NCBI RefSeq assembly: GCF_009914755.1
Contig: NC_060945.1
Source: the human T2T-CHM13v2.0 reference genome, Homo sapiens
DNA: 64,000 nt
Strand: one strand, 5' to 3'
Both the position numbers and the translations under genes were made by a program. The notes below the pieces were generated by a model. That model did not search any database and was not told the origin of the DNA. It saw nothing but the letters and a program-made list of their open reading frames with translations. This document shows positions 48,264 through 62,518 of this stretch, piece by piece (within the stretch, counting starts at the first letter, position 1; every line of letters starts with the position of its first letter).

Positions 48264-49125
48264 TGATACGGAAGTGCTGGGAAGGGAAGAGCGTGGTCCC
48301 TTTAAATGATATGGAAGGGGGAAGGGAAGTGCTGGGTAGAGGCGGGCATGGTCCCCGGCTAGGGCTCTATCCCAGGGACCTCGGTCTTCGCGCCCAAAAG
48401 TGGCATTTTCCAAGACTACCTTGGCCCACCACGCCCCTATCCTGGGCTTATAAAAACCCAAGACCCTAGCAAGGCAGAGACATGAGCTGCTGGACAGCCA
48501 GAGGAATACATTGGTGGAAGAAGACAAACAGCTGGACATTGAGAAGACTTTGAGGGGAGCATGCCTGCGGAAGAGCACACCGCCAGATGCCCGGACACCA
48601 GCAGGCCACTGACCAACAGGCCATGACCAGCGGAACGATGTGGAGTTTGGCCAGGGCAGATGGAGGAGAGCCCGGGGCCACCAAGCAGCCCAATTCCACG
48701 GGAAAACCATCTGTCTTCTGGCTCCCCCATCTGCTGAGAGCTACTTCCACTCAATAAAACCTTGCACTCATTCTCCGATTCCAGGTGTGATCCAATTCTT
48801 CTGGTACACCAAGGCAAGAACCCCAGGATACAGGAAGTCCTCTGTCCTTGCAACAAGGCAGAGGGTCTAATTGAGCTGGTTAACACAAGCCGCCTATAGA
48901 TGGCAAAATTAAAAGAGCAAAACAAAAAGAGCACCCTGTAACACACGCCCACTGGGGCTTCAGGAGCTGTAAACATTCACCCCTAGACACTGCCGTGGGG
49001 TCGGAGCCCGACAGCCTGCCCGTCTGTATGCTCCCCTAGAGGTCTGAGCAGCGGGGCGCTGAAGAAGCGAGCCACACCCCCATTGCACACCCTACAAGGG
49101 GGACAAGGGAACCTTTCCAGTTTCA
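48264..49125 (+). mobile_element. LTR1/LTR28-family ERV1 solo LTR
   Basis: tgatacggaagtgctgggaagggaag...ccagtttca; tataaaa and aataaa present; perfect TSD cttt. Confidence 0.85.
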
Positions 49126-50123
49126 CTTTCACATTGAGTACTATTTCAAAAGGCCTTGAAAACTCAATACTGATTTTCTGTTTTGCCTTAATTAACTGTA
49201 TCTCAGCCTCCCACAGCCACTAGCTTTTCTGTGTAACTATTTCTTACATTATTACGCATCAGGCCAGTACATAATAGCAAAAACTGTGATGCACCTGGAG
49301 AAAGAAAAGGAAAAACAGACATAGGTTGAAGCCCTCCGGGATAGGACACTTGCCGCTTATTTGCTGAGTATCTACTTTATAATCATGATACTTAAAGTCA
49401 CGCCTTCTGAAAAGAGGAAGCAGATGTGGCTGCAAGAATTTATGTAAACTACTTTCTAAGAGGCTATGGATACATACATTGTGATGTTTCCATCTCCCAT
49501 TTAATCCTTGGGAAATCACATCATTTACAGATATTTATGGCTCTTTTCAGCTTTAACATTCAATAATTTAACTAAAATTAGAAGTTAACAAAAGTCACTG
49601 AGACTAGAATTTCTTAATTTTATTTCTTTATGTATGAATATTTACTAATATGTAAATTTTCTTGTAAGTTCTGAATCCTACCTTCTTTTTAAGGCACACA
49701 GATTTGTCCTTTGTAGAAGAACTGCGCACAAAATAAGGTTATCACAGAAACATATAAGCCAATAGTAATTATGATATAAAATGCTATATTATAAAGGGCT
49801 TGGCATGATTTAATTTCTTATTTTTGCATTTTTCAAAGAGTAATATAAAGCATTTCTCTAAGCAACAGAGCATACATGCATTTTACAACTTTGTTTCCTT
49901 TTATCAAATGAAAATAGATTCAATATCAGATTTGTGGTATAAAATCTGATAAATCTATGAAGTCTCAATGAACTAAAACGGCAAATCATATTATTTTACT
50001 TCATTCCTAAGGAAAAAAGACTCCTCTATCTTTCTCAGTCTTACATTTTATACACACACACAGTCACACATACACACACATATCAAAGCTTTATTAAAAA
50101 TAAAACAAAATGCCCCCTCAACT

Positions 50124-50472
50124 TGCCATGTGCAATAAACAAAGTTTATGTCCTCTCAAAATTCTTATGTTGAAATCCTAATCCCCATAGTGATGGCATT
50201 TGAGAGTGGGGCTTTTGAGAGGTGATCAAGGCTCTTCTTGAATGGAATTAATGCCCCTATGAAAGAGACCTCAGAAAAATCCCTTGTCTTTTCCAGTTTG
50301 TGAAGATACAGAGAGAAAACGTCTGTCTATGTGGAAGGAGGTCCTCTCCAGCGCATCATCTGCCAGCTCCTTGACTTAGGACCCTCCAGCCTCTAGAACT
50401 GAGAAATAAATATCTGTTGTGTATTACCAGTCTACAGCATTTTTGTTATAGTAGCCCAAATAGACTGAGACA
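50124..50472 (+). mobile_element. MLT1A0-like solo LTR
   Basis: aaattcttatgttgaaatcctaatcccc...ccagcctctagaactgagaaataaa...gactgagaca. Confidence 0.88.
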
Positions 50473-50660
50473 CCAGAGGTTAGTGCACATATAACTTCAG
50501 TCCATCCTTTCCATGAATATATGGTGTTTATGGTAAAAATCAATATGAAGCCATGGTTGGTCACTCAATAAAGAAAATAAAAGTAACTGTCTTTTGTAAA
50601 ATATGCTTGCTAGTTACAGGTTTGGACTTAAATGTTCTACCATCTTTTCAACTTGATTTA

Positions 50661-51153
50661 AAAGAAAACATTAACAGAAAGTTAACCAGAAAATTTAATT
50701 AATATCCCGATTTCTAAGTATCTCCATTTCACACCATTCTCACCACTCTAGAAAGTAGCCACCTAGAAAGTAGTTTACGTACCTTTTGCAGCCACAACCG
50801 CTGCCTCTTTTCAGAAGTCAAGACTTTACATATCACAATTCTAAATTAGATGCTCAGCAAAGAAGCTGCATGGGTGCTATCCTGGAGTTTCAACCTATGT
50901 CTGCTTCTTTTTCTTTCTCCAGATGCATGGAGGTTTCTGCTATTATGTACTGGCCCAATGTGTAATAATGTAAGAAATAGTTGAACAGAAAGCTAGAGGC
51001 TATGGGAGGCAAAGATGAAATTAATCAAGGCAAATGGGAAAATCAGTATTGAGTTGAAAAGACTTTTCATAAGAAAGAAAACATTAACAGAAAGTTAACC
51101 AGAAAATTTGATTAATATCACAGTTCCTAAATTTCTCCACTTCATGCCATTCT
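50661..51153. repeat. 80-bp direct repeats enclosing an inverted copy of 49161-49466
   Basis: 50661-50740 matches 51074-51153; 50756-51055 matches the reverse complement of 49161-49466. Confidence 0.92.
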
Positions 51154-51987
51154 TTTATCTATTTCAATTGTATGTCATCTTACCATACAATTGAAATATA
51201 TAAAAGTCTTTACACCTAAATATTAATAGTAAAACACTGCAATTTAAAAGGAAAATGGAAAAAGAGAAAATAATTTGTTCGGAAGAACATTAACTCTCAG
51301 AAATAAGAGGCCACAACTATAAAAACAATTCCAGTCCAATTACCAGTTACAATGTTATTAAAAGTGTGGTCCCTTGATCTGAGTGTTGAGATGAAGTTAC
51401 ACGTCTTAAAGTTCAAATAAAAATAATTTTGAAAAGTAACATTTAAAAGGCCCTGGTAAAGCATTATAAAATACTCTATGAGTTTTCAACATTTCTACAC
51501 AATCATGAGTATATTTAATGTTATATTTCCATGATCTCTTAAAAAATATTTTCAAAACATGGTGTGAGACCTCAAAGGGACAATTTTGTGAAAGTTACAT
51601 TCCAAACCATAGTTCTGCAGAAATGTGTACTGTTACACTGCTACCAAGTGGCACTTTGGTACTAAAAAGAAAGATTTACCTGAACAATGATCAGTAGTGG
51701 TTCAGCACATTGCTTTCAATCAGCAATATTTCTTGAATGACTCTCACAGGACAGACCATGATGCACGGCCACTCTCATACATTATTTTCTGAAGGTAGAG
51801 AATAGTTATTCCTCCAAGAAAAACATGCCAAAGGCGAGCATGTAACTGTAACAAACCCAGAGGAAAAACAATTTACAGTGACTCTAGTTTGGTGGAAATG
51901 GTCAGATGGAACCTGATTAGAATATGAAATAAATAATTGAGTATGATTTTGTAGTCTACTAAAATACAATAAAGGAACTAAAATGAG

Positions 51988-52362
51988 TGTGATAGTTAAT
52001 AGTGAGTGTTAACTTGATTGGATTGTAGGATACAAAGTATTATTCCTGGGTGTGTCTGTGTGGGTGTTGCTGAAAGAGATTAACATTTGAGTCAGTGCGC
52101 TGGGGAAGGCGGATCCACCCTTAATCTAGTGAGCACAATCTAATCAGCTTCCAGCAAACATGAAGTAGGCAGAAAAACATGAAAAAGAGAGGCAGGCCTA
52201 GCCTCCCAGCCTACATCTTTCTACTGTTCTGGATGCTTCCTGATCTCGAACAACAGACTCCAAGTTCTTCAGTTTTGGGACCCGGACTGGCTCTCCTTCC
52301 TCCTCAGCTTGCAGACAGCCTGTTGTGGGACCTTGTGATCATGTAAGTTAACACTTAATAAA

Positions 52363-52408
<46 letters not shown>

Positions 52409-52970
52409 ACTGCGCCCAGCTAATTTTTGTATTTTTTGTAGAGATGGGGTTTCACCATGTTGGCCAGGATGGTCTCAACCTCTTGACCTCATGATCCACC
52501 CGCCTCAGCCTCCCAAAGTACTGAGATTACAGGCGAGAGCTACCATGCTTGGACAAGACTGACCTTTTTTAATTAGCTAATTCCCATGAAAATTATCCAA
52601 GTTGTTGCGCATATCAATAGTTCATTCCTTTTTATCACTAAGTACTATTCCATAAGTTACTTTTTTTAAAGTTTATTTTATTTTTTTCTTTTTTATTTAT
52701 AAAATAAATAAAAAATATAAAAATAAAATATGAAATAATATATATATATATATAATATAAAAAAAAATAGAATCTTTTCTTATACTCCGCCTCCTGGGTT
52801 CAAGTGATTCTCCTGCCTCAACCTCCCAAGTAGCTGGGATTACAGGCATCCGCCACCACACCTGGCTAATTTTTTGTATTTTTAGTAGTGATGGGGTTTC
52901 ACCATGTATGTATGGGAGTTTATATATATCCTATTAGTTCTGTCCCTTTAAGAGAACCCTGACTAATACA
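51988..52970 (+). mobile_element. MLT2A (HERV-L) solo LTR with a complex insertion in its (TA)n
   Basis: tgtgatagttaatagtgagtgt...gaaccctgactaataca; perfect 5-bp TSD atgag. Confidence 0.92.
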
Positions 52971-53450
52971 ATGAGTATGCTGCCAGCATGAGCTAGTGTA
53001 ATTAAATAAATAAGATTAATGTGACACAAGAAGCCTTTAAAACTATTTTATCAAACACGTGACATATTTATATTTTCTACTGCAGGAAGCAAATGAAATA
53101 ACACTTGTTTACCAAGAAATTGTTACAGGATATATGTATCATTCAGGAAGTAGATGTTCAAAAAAATTAATGTTCTTCTTGAATACTAATAAATTCAAGA
53201 TTTTTAGAAATGTACATTCAGGTTTGTGAGGAATATGACAATCTCCAAAATTATGATTGAAATTCTCTGATACCAGAAGCTTCTCCCATTCAAATGATAT
53301 TTCACATACAGCACATAGCCTAGGGCAAGGCCTGGAAAGTGAATTCTTCTCAGCAACTCTTGCTAGTTGTTTGCTTGATGTCTCCAAATAACATATGTAA
53401 GTAGTTTTCTTTTTATTTTAATCTTCATACCTACAAAAATATATTTTCTT

Positions 53451-53798
<348 letters not shown>

Positions 53799-53979
53799 TC
53801 AAAATTTAGCTGCCATCTATATAATCCCCAGAGATGTATATTGAAATAAAAAATAATTGTGAAAATGACTTTAGCAACTTCATAGCTGATACCACTTTTT
53901 GAAAAGTAGAATATCATTAAGACAGGCTATATATTGGCTTAACAGCTACCAACATGTATCCTTTAGAAACACAGCTTAG

Positions 53980-54337
<358 letters not shown>

Positions 54338-56814
54338 GGGAGAAATTATTTTTAAGTTATCAGCATGTATTTTTGTTGTTAGAGGCAGATTTTTTGTCTT
54401 TATATTTTGTAGCTGTTAAAATATAAAATGTAAACACAAATAAAACATTGGTTGTTTGCACCTTTGGGGTGAAAGTTGAAGTTCATCTCTAGACAGACCC
54501 CTTTTTCATTTAAGGGATGGATCACTTTGGTGAGCTGATATGGTAAGCAGACACTATAATTCTCAGGGAAGCTTTAACTGGTGGCTGAGAAAGCTATGTC
54601 TTCTATCGTGATTATCTAATGTGCCCCTAAGCAACACAAAACACAGAATAGCAATGCCCTCTGAAGGAAGTGGTGTTTCTAAAAATCAGTCATTCAGGGT
54701 CAAACCAAGACAGTGGGCTTTATTCTGGGTTAAGGGAGAACTCATTTCTCTTTCCGAATCCAAGGGATGGAGCCTGTACTCCAGAGAGGGCCAAAACAGT
54801 TGAACTGGACTCCTGAAGAGTGAAAGCTGACCCTTGGAGAATAGGGGGCGGCTGGAGGGAGTGGAGGGAATAATGAAGCAAAGACAGTAAGGAATCCTGA
54901 TGAAGGAGGAACAGAGATTCCTCGGAATCAATTGCTTTGCATGTTTTTATTTATTTTTATTATAATTTTATTCTAATATTACCATTTTTTCAGTAGATTA
55001 TTTTTGTTTAATTTTGCTTTTTATACTACAGTCCTATCTTGGCTTTGCTTTGGGAAGTGGAGCGTGTGTGTGTATGTGTGTGTTTGTTGTGTGCACTCAG
55101 GTGCATGAGTATTAAGAGAGGAGGATTCAGGTATGACTTTTCTTGTGATACAATGATATATGCACAGGGACGCTGACTGAGGACATGGTTTCAAAAGAGT
55201 ACAAGTGAATATCAGAGTAGAAGTGTCAAGCAAGAGATGACAAGCAACTACTTAGGGTGAATTTCTTAAACATATACTCATTCCTGGGATTCCATATGAT
55301 TACCACAGACAGGACCTTATAGAAGTCAGGGCCATACAGCTATCACACAGGGACATCACCCAAGCTGTGTTCTAAATTACCTGGTTTATAAGGACAGTGG
55401 TGGCTTCTGAACATCTTTTAAGAAGACGTCAAAATTAGGCAGAAGAAACTGAAACCCAAAAAGCCATTTGTTCCCCAAGCCCTCCTTCCACTTGCCAATA
55501 TTTCCCAGAAAATAAGCAACCTAGAAAACCCTGTTCTTGCTGGAATCTTTCTGTTACAACAATTATAAAGTCCACTTTTTCTATAGATCAGCCTGTCTTA
55601 TTCTATCACTAATACAATAATCAGAAATTGCATCTTCACATGGATTGAGATCAAAATGGGAGGAAACAGTTTTGAAAAAACAAACAAACAATAAACCTGA
55701 AGAAGCTTGAGACCATATTTCAACTGCAGCATCGGTTTTTGTTCTGCTTTGCCTTGTGATATTTTTCTTGAGTGTGAGGAAGAATTAGAATCAATAAATA
55801 AAACTGTTGACCTGGACTCACATCAAAAAGGCTGCCAGGTCAGCGAACATCATCAGCTAAAGATAAAAGAACTTCTTTACTTTGGATAGGACATTTATAA
55901 CTGCTTTGTCACCTGTATGTTTTAATCCTGTTTGTGGTTGTTGTTGTTGTTAATTCCCTACTGTGTTACATGTTTTAGGCAGGCAATTTAGTTTAAATTG
56001 CTCATCCTGTTTGTTTTGTTATTTTGTGGGCTATGTATGGATTTTAGTCATTGGCAAGGAACTCTGATGTAAATAAGGGAACAATAGAAACCTAGAATAA
56101 ATTGACTGACATGAAATCATCCGCCAAGGTCACAATGTCTTATATATCACAAAAACAATAAATCGATATGAGTCTGGGCAGGCAAGTTATATGTTTCTAT
56201 TTGGAGTCAAGGTGTATTGAATCATCCCAAAGAGGAAATTATCTTTAATCTCTGTGGGTTAAAAAATATAAAACACACTCAGGAATTCAAACTAAGTGAA
56301 AATGCATTTTGGAGGAACTACGTACATTTCTTCAAATCATTAATAATATTTTAATACTGTGCTAATAAGTTTTAATAATTTTGGTAATTAGGATGATTAT
56401 CCTGAAAAATACTGCATATACCCTTATTAGATTGCATCTTGAATATTGCTTTATGAATAATCTGTTTATTCTCAATGCTTGAAAAAATTAAACAATGCTT
56501 TAAACAAAAATTAAAGGTTTTATTTTTAATTAAAAAAATATTGATTTACAAGATATTCCCAAAATCATGCAGAAAGATCTTGTGTAGCTTTCATTCAGTT
56601 TCTCCCAGTGGATACCCAACTATAGTCCAATGTTTAAGTTAGGAAATTGGCCTTGATATCAGTGTTTGTAGCATATGATGCCGCTTTATCACATGTATAG
56701 TTTTGTGTAATGACCATATCAATCAAGGTACACTACTACTCCATCACAACAAAGCTCGCTCTTACATGCTTTCTCTTTATACTCACACTCATTTCCCTCC
56801 CTTCGCTTCACCCC

Positions 56815-57257
56815 TGTGGTGGTTAATTTTGTGTGTCAATTTCACTGGGCTTTAGGTTGTGCAAGCATCTGGTGAAACATCATTTCTAGTTGTGTCTGTG
56901 GAGGGGTTTCTGGATGAAATTAACATTTGAGTCAGTAAATTGATAAAAACAGATTTCCACCCCCAATGTGGATGGACCCCATTCAATCCACTGGGCATTA
57001 ACAGCCTGAGTAAGAAAGAATTCTTTCTCCGCACGACTGTCTTTAAACTGAATGCCAGCTTTCTCCTGTCTTTGGATTCAGATTCAGATTCAGACTGGAA
57101 CTATACCCTAAGCTCCACTGGGCTTTCAACTTGCCAACTGCAGATCTTGGACTTCTCAGCCTCCATAATTATGTGAGCCAATTCCTTAAAGTAAACCTCT
57201 TATCTAGCTAGATCTAGAACCCATTGGTTTTGTTTCTCTGGAGAACCTCAACAGACA
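56815..57257 (+). mobile_element. MLT2 (B/D-like) LTR within an L1M fragment
   Basis: tgtggtggttaattttgtgtgtcaattt...gtttctctggagaacc. Confidence 0.85.
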
Positions 57258-57305
57258 TAATTTCTGATCCTTAACAATCACTAATCTTTTTTTCCATTTA
57301 TATAG

Positions 57306-57595
57306 TTTTTTTTTTTCTTTTGAGACGGAGTCTTCCTCTGCCCCAGGAGTACAGTGGCACGATCTCGGCTCACTGCAACCTCCACTTCCTGAGTTCAAGT
57401 GATTCTCCTGACTCAGCCTCCTGAGAAGCTGGGACTACAGACGCGCGACACCATGCCCAGCTAATTTTTGTATTTTTAGTAGAGATGGGGTTTCACCATG
57501 TTGGCCAGGATGGTTTCGATCTCTTGACCTTGTGATCCACCCACCTTGGCCTCCCAAAGTACTGGGATTACAGGTGTGAGACACCATGCCTGGCC
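57306..57595 (-). mobile_element. Alu (AluSc-like)
   Basis: ggatggtttcgatctcttgacc diagnostic. Confidence 0.93.
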
Positions 57596-58143
57596 AAGAC
57601 GGACCTTTTTTAAATTAGCTAATGCCCATAAAAATTACCTAAGTTGCAGTGCATATCAATAGTTCATTCCTTTTTATCACTAAGTACTATTCCACAAGTT
57701 ATCTTTTTTCAAAGTTTAATTTCTTTCTCTTTTATTTATAAAATAAATAGAATCTTTTCTTAGACTAAAACAAAACATCCCAAATTAGCACATTATACAC
57801 ACACACATGCACACTCACACATACATACATAAAGTTCATGCACACACAATAGCATACAGATCCACCTGCCCTTATACATTATTTTGGACTGATTTAATTT
57901 ATTTTTGCATTCCTAAGTGCTTATATTTTAATTATTTCAGATAGTGCCCTTTTTAAAACTGAGATTTCATTGATTCCTTCAATGGCCATATATCTTATTA
58001 AACAATTATAACTCTCTTCAAGATCTGCCCTCAAAATTCCCTAATGACCTTCTGACCAATCATCAACCAATAATGAATAGGGGATATGCTGGGCCTAGTG
58101 AGGAAGAATAGGGATTATCCCCTGGAGGAACTTGAGGATGTGG

Positions 58144-58184
<41 letters not shown>

Positions 58185-58198
58185 GTCTGTCTATCTAT
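58144..58198 (+). repeat. (TATC)n microsatellite
   Basis: Seen directly in sequence. Confidence 0.95.
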
Positions 58199-58909
58199 TT
58201 AACTATCTATCTAGATACACATATGAGATAGAAGAGTATTTTTGGACTGAATTCTGTGGTACTAGATAAGTATATTGTAACATAAAGTTGAATTAAAAAT
58301 AGTTTATCAATATGGGAACATACTCCTTTGACAAAAGTTTTAACATATTAGTAAACATCCTGGGTAAAAGTACTCATGGGCTCCTAGAATACCCCTTGAA
58401 AACTTGGAAAATTAATGTTGCACACTAGTTGAAGCAGAATACCATGAGTGTCGTGGCAGTGAAGATAAATTCAAAACTTCAGAGGAGAAAGTTCAGAAAC
58501 TTGTTGACTGTGTATCAGAGTAAGACTCAGAGGAAGTTCTGCTTACCAAAGCAGTAAAAGATTATCGGTATGGAGGGAACCGAGATTATTGGGAAGTTCA
58601 AAAGTGCTTTCTATAGAACTGACAGTAGAAAATGTTATTACATAACTGGGCTCCCTCATGGCAATGTGGATAATAAGATCTCTAAATAATAGAAACTGAA
58701 TAATGGTGAATACCAGCAGAAATTAGGTGAGTGCAGATATGTGGATGACAAGAATAAGGTAGCATTCAGGAGATTCCCATTCATACGCAACTGTGGAGAT
58801 GTCTAATACAAGACAGTGTTCCTCAAAGCAAGATACATGGGCAGCCAATAAAACAATATAAAAAAGATACCGAGATTGGGTAGTGGAGAAAACTGAATAA
58901 ATAATAACC

Positions 58910-59237
58910 CCCCAAAGAGAAGAGAGAGGTAAAGCAAGACACAATTACAGAAGAAAGAAGGTGAGGTGACCCATGCAGAGAGCTTTGAAAATGGAGGCAG
59001 GTTAATGAGCTTCAGAATGCAAGGAGTAGAATTCTAGAAGCTCGAAAAGGCAAGGAAAGAGAGTCTCTCCTAGGGCCTCCTGGGTAAGCTGGTCCGGCAC
59101 ATACCTTGGCTTCAACGTAATTAAGCTAACTTCAGACTTCTGGCTTCCAGAACTCTCAGAAAAGAAATATGTCTTGTTTTAAGTTACTGAGCTTATGGTA
59201 ATTGGTTCAGGCAGCCGTAGCAATCTAGTACTAATAC
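58910..59237 (+). mobile_element. MLT1D-like LTR fragment
   Basis: ctagaagctcgaaaaggcaaggaaa...cagacttctggcttccagaact...ctaatac. Confidence 0.75.
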
Positions 59238-59705
59238 TCAGAAAGCTCAAGGGAGTCAGAAAATAAAGTCACAGGTTTTTGCCCAGTTTGTAGACTTATC
59301 CCACTTTTCAATGCAGAACACAGGGGCTAAAGGCAAAGCTGGGTCTCTATGAGGAAGGAACTTGCAATCCACAAGGCTAGAATGTTCTATAGCAATTCCC
59401 CTAATTTCTCAGGGGTATCCATGAACCATTACTTGCTCAAACATAAATTGGGAAAGGAAAACACCCAGATCTTTAGAGGATTTGGGGACAAACTGACATT
59501 CACATCAAGAGATACAAAATACTACCATGTCCCCTTTCCTATACTGAGTACTAATGAGCATGAGGTTCAGAGCATAGTGGGTCCCTTTTATCTACAAAAC
59601 TACCTAGTATTCAGGGCCTTGTTCTCTGAATTATAACAGAAATGGATTAAGGTGATATATAAAAGGTTACTCATATCAGGCTCTTGAGCTGTAAGGGAAT
59701 AGTTA

Positions 59706-61935
59706 TGTATTCGTCCATTCTCGCATTGCTATAAAGAACTACCCGAGACTGGATCATTTATAAAGAAAATAAGCTTAATTGGCTCACAGTTCTGCAGGCT
59801 GTATAGGAAGCATGGTGAGGAGGCCTCAGAAAACTTACAATCATAGCAGAAGGCAAAGAGGAAGAAGTCACATGTTACATTGCCAGAGCAGGAGGAAGAG
59901 TGAGGAAGAGGAGGGGCTATACATTTTTAAACAGCCAGATCTCCTGAGAACTCACGCTCACAAGAACAGCAAGGGAGGAAATCTACCCCCATGATCCAGT
60001 CACCTCCTATCAGGCCCCTTCTCCAACACCAGGGATTACAATTCAACATGAGATTTGGGCAGGGACACAAATCCAAACCATATAATTCCACCATGGCCCC
60101 TCCAAAATCTCCTATCCTTCTCACATTTCAAAATACAATCATGCCTTCCAAACAATCCTCAAAAGTCTTAACTCATCCCAGCATTTACTCACATGTCCAC
60201 AGTTCAAAGTCTCATCTGAGTTAAGACAAATCCCTTCTGCCTATAAGCCTGTAAAATCAAAAACAGGTTAGTTAACTTCCAAGATACAATGGAGGTACAG
60301 GCATTTGTTATAAACACTTACATTCCGAGAGGGAGAAATTGGTCAAAACCAAGAAGCTACAGGCCCTATGAAAGTCCAGAACCCAGCAGGGCAGCCATTA
60401 AGTCTTAAGACTCCAAAATAATCTCATTTGACTCCATGTCTCACATCTAGGCCACACTGATGCAAGGAGACGGCTCCTAAGAGCAGCTCCAGCCATGTGG
60501 CTCTGTAGGATACAGCCTCTGAAGCTGCCCTCATGGGCTGGCATTGAGTGCCTGCAGCTTTTCCAGTTGCACGATGCAAGCTGTTGGCAGATCTACCATT
60601 CTGGGATCTGGAGGATGGTGGCTACCTTCTCACAGCTTCACTAGGTGAAGCCCCAGTGGGAACTCTTTGTGGGGGCTCCAACCCCACATTTCCTCTCCAC
60701 ACTGCCCAAGCATAGGTTCTCCATGAGGGCTCTATCCTTACAGCAGACTGCTGCCTAGACATCTAGGTATTTCCATACATCTTCTGAAATCAAGTGAGAG
60801 GCTTCCAAGGCTCAACTCTCACACTCTGCACACCCACAGGCTTCATACCATGTGGAAGCCCCCAAAGGCTTATGGCTTGCACCCTCTGAAGCAAAAGCCT
60901 GAGCTGTACCTTAGGCCCTTTTAGCCATGGCTGGAGCGATGAAGGCTGTGATGGATGCAGAGCATGTCCCAAGGCTGCACAGAGGAGTAGGGCCCTGGGC
61001 CTGGGTCACAAAACCATTCTTCCCTCCTAGGCCTCCAGGCCTGTGATAAGAGAGGCTGCTGCAGTTCAGAGACATTTGTCTCTGAAATGCCTTCTAGCAA
61101 TTTTCCCTATTGTATTGGCTATTAACATTCGGCTCCTTTTTATTTAGGCAAATTTCTGCAGCTGGCTTGAATTCCTTCCCACAAAATGGGTTTGTTTTTT
61201 TCTACTGCATGGTCAGGCTGCAAATTTTCCAAACTTTTATGCTGTGCTTCCCTTTTAAATACAAGTTCCAGTTTCAGGTCATTTTGCTCATGCATAAGAA
61301 AAGTGACCTTTGCTACAGTTTCCAACACGTTCCTCATCTCCAAGCCCTCCTCAACCAGGACTTCATTGTCCATATCACTAGCAGCATTTTCATCACAACA
61401 ATTTAACAAGCCTCTAGGAAGTTCCAAGTTTTCCCTCATCTCCCTGTCTTCTTCTGATCCCTCCAAACTCTTCCAACCTCTGCCCATTAACCAGGTCCAA
61501 AGCTGCTTCCGCATTTTCAGGTACCTTTAATACAATGTCCCACTCCTAGTACCAATTTTCTTCATTAGTCCAATTTCACATTGCTATAAGTAACTACCTG
61601 AGACTGGATATTTTATAAGGAAAAGAGGTTTAATTGGCTCACCGTTCACAGGCCATATAGGAAGCATGGCTGAGGAGGCCTCAGGAAACTCATGGCAGAA
61701 GGCAAAGCAGCAGGAGTCACATTTTACATGGCTGGAGTAGGAGGAGGACAGAGAAGGTGGAGGTGCTACACACTTTCAAATAACCAGATCTCACACGAAC
61801 TCACTCATGATGACAAGAACAGCAAGGAAGAAAACTGCCCCCATGATCAAATCACCTCCCACCAAGCCCCTCCTCCAACACAGGATTACAATTTGACATG
61901 AGATTTTGGCAGGGACACAAATGCAAAGCATATCA
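59706..61935 (-). mobile_element. Full-length MSTA-like element: LTR ~59706-60084, internal region, LTR ~61562-61935
   Basis: Two MST LTRs flanking MaLR internal sequence; TSD agtta/agcta. Confidence 0.92.
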
Positions 61936-62518
61936 AGCTATAATAGTGGGAAGGCCAAGTGGAAGTTTCTGAAACTTCACACAACCCCAGAGAGTAAATA
62001 AAAAACATTTCTCCCAGGAAAATGGTGGAGATTAATGGCACCACTGAAGTCTTCGACAATTAGGGTTGTGATCTCCATCAGATTTTGATTTAATTCACCA
62101 GTCTGACACTACTAAAAGTAGGTGGAACACAGCGGTTAACAGTGGACTACTATAAATAATCAAGTAGTAGCCTCCATGAAACTGCTATGTCAGACGTGGC
62201 AGGGCAGAAGAGAGCATGGTTTCTAGCATCTGCAATAAGTTTCATGATCTTATGAATGGATACATTTTTATCACTATCAGAAGAGAGCATCAGAAATTGT
62301 TCTCAGCAAGGTGAAATTGACAAGAGGATAAATTTATTATATTGTTCCATGTCTACATTCTCACTCTTTGTTATAATTTAGTCCTGTTATAATTTAGACT
62401 GAATAGTCCAGAGAGCATTACAATAGGTCACTATATTGATGACACGATGTTAATTAAACCAGATAAGCCAGAGGTAACAAAATGTTGGAGAACTTAGTAA
62501 GAAACATTGGCTCTAGAG

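Noticed and set aside
48204-48976. ORFs of 168 and 179 aa
   Set aside because: Lie almost entirely within a GC-rich solo LTR; spurious
55690-55890. Possible exon-like unique segment
   Set aside because: Splice signals are weak and there is no convincing reading frame; cannot be supported from sequence alone
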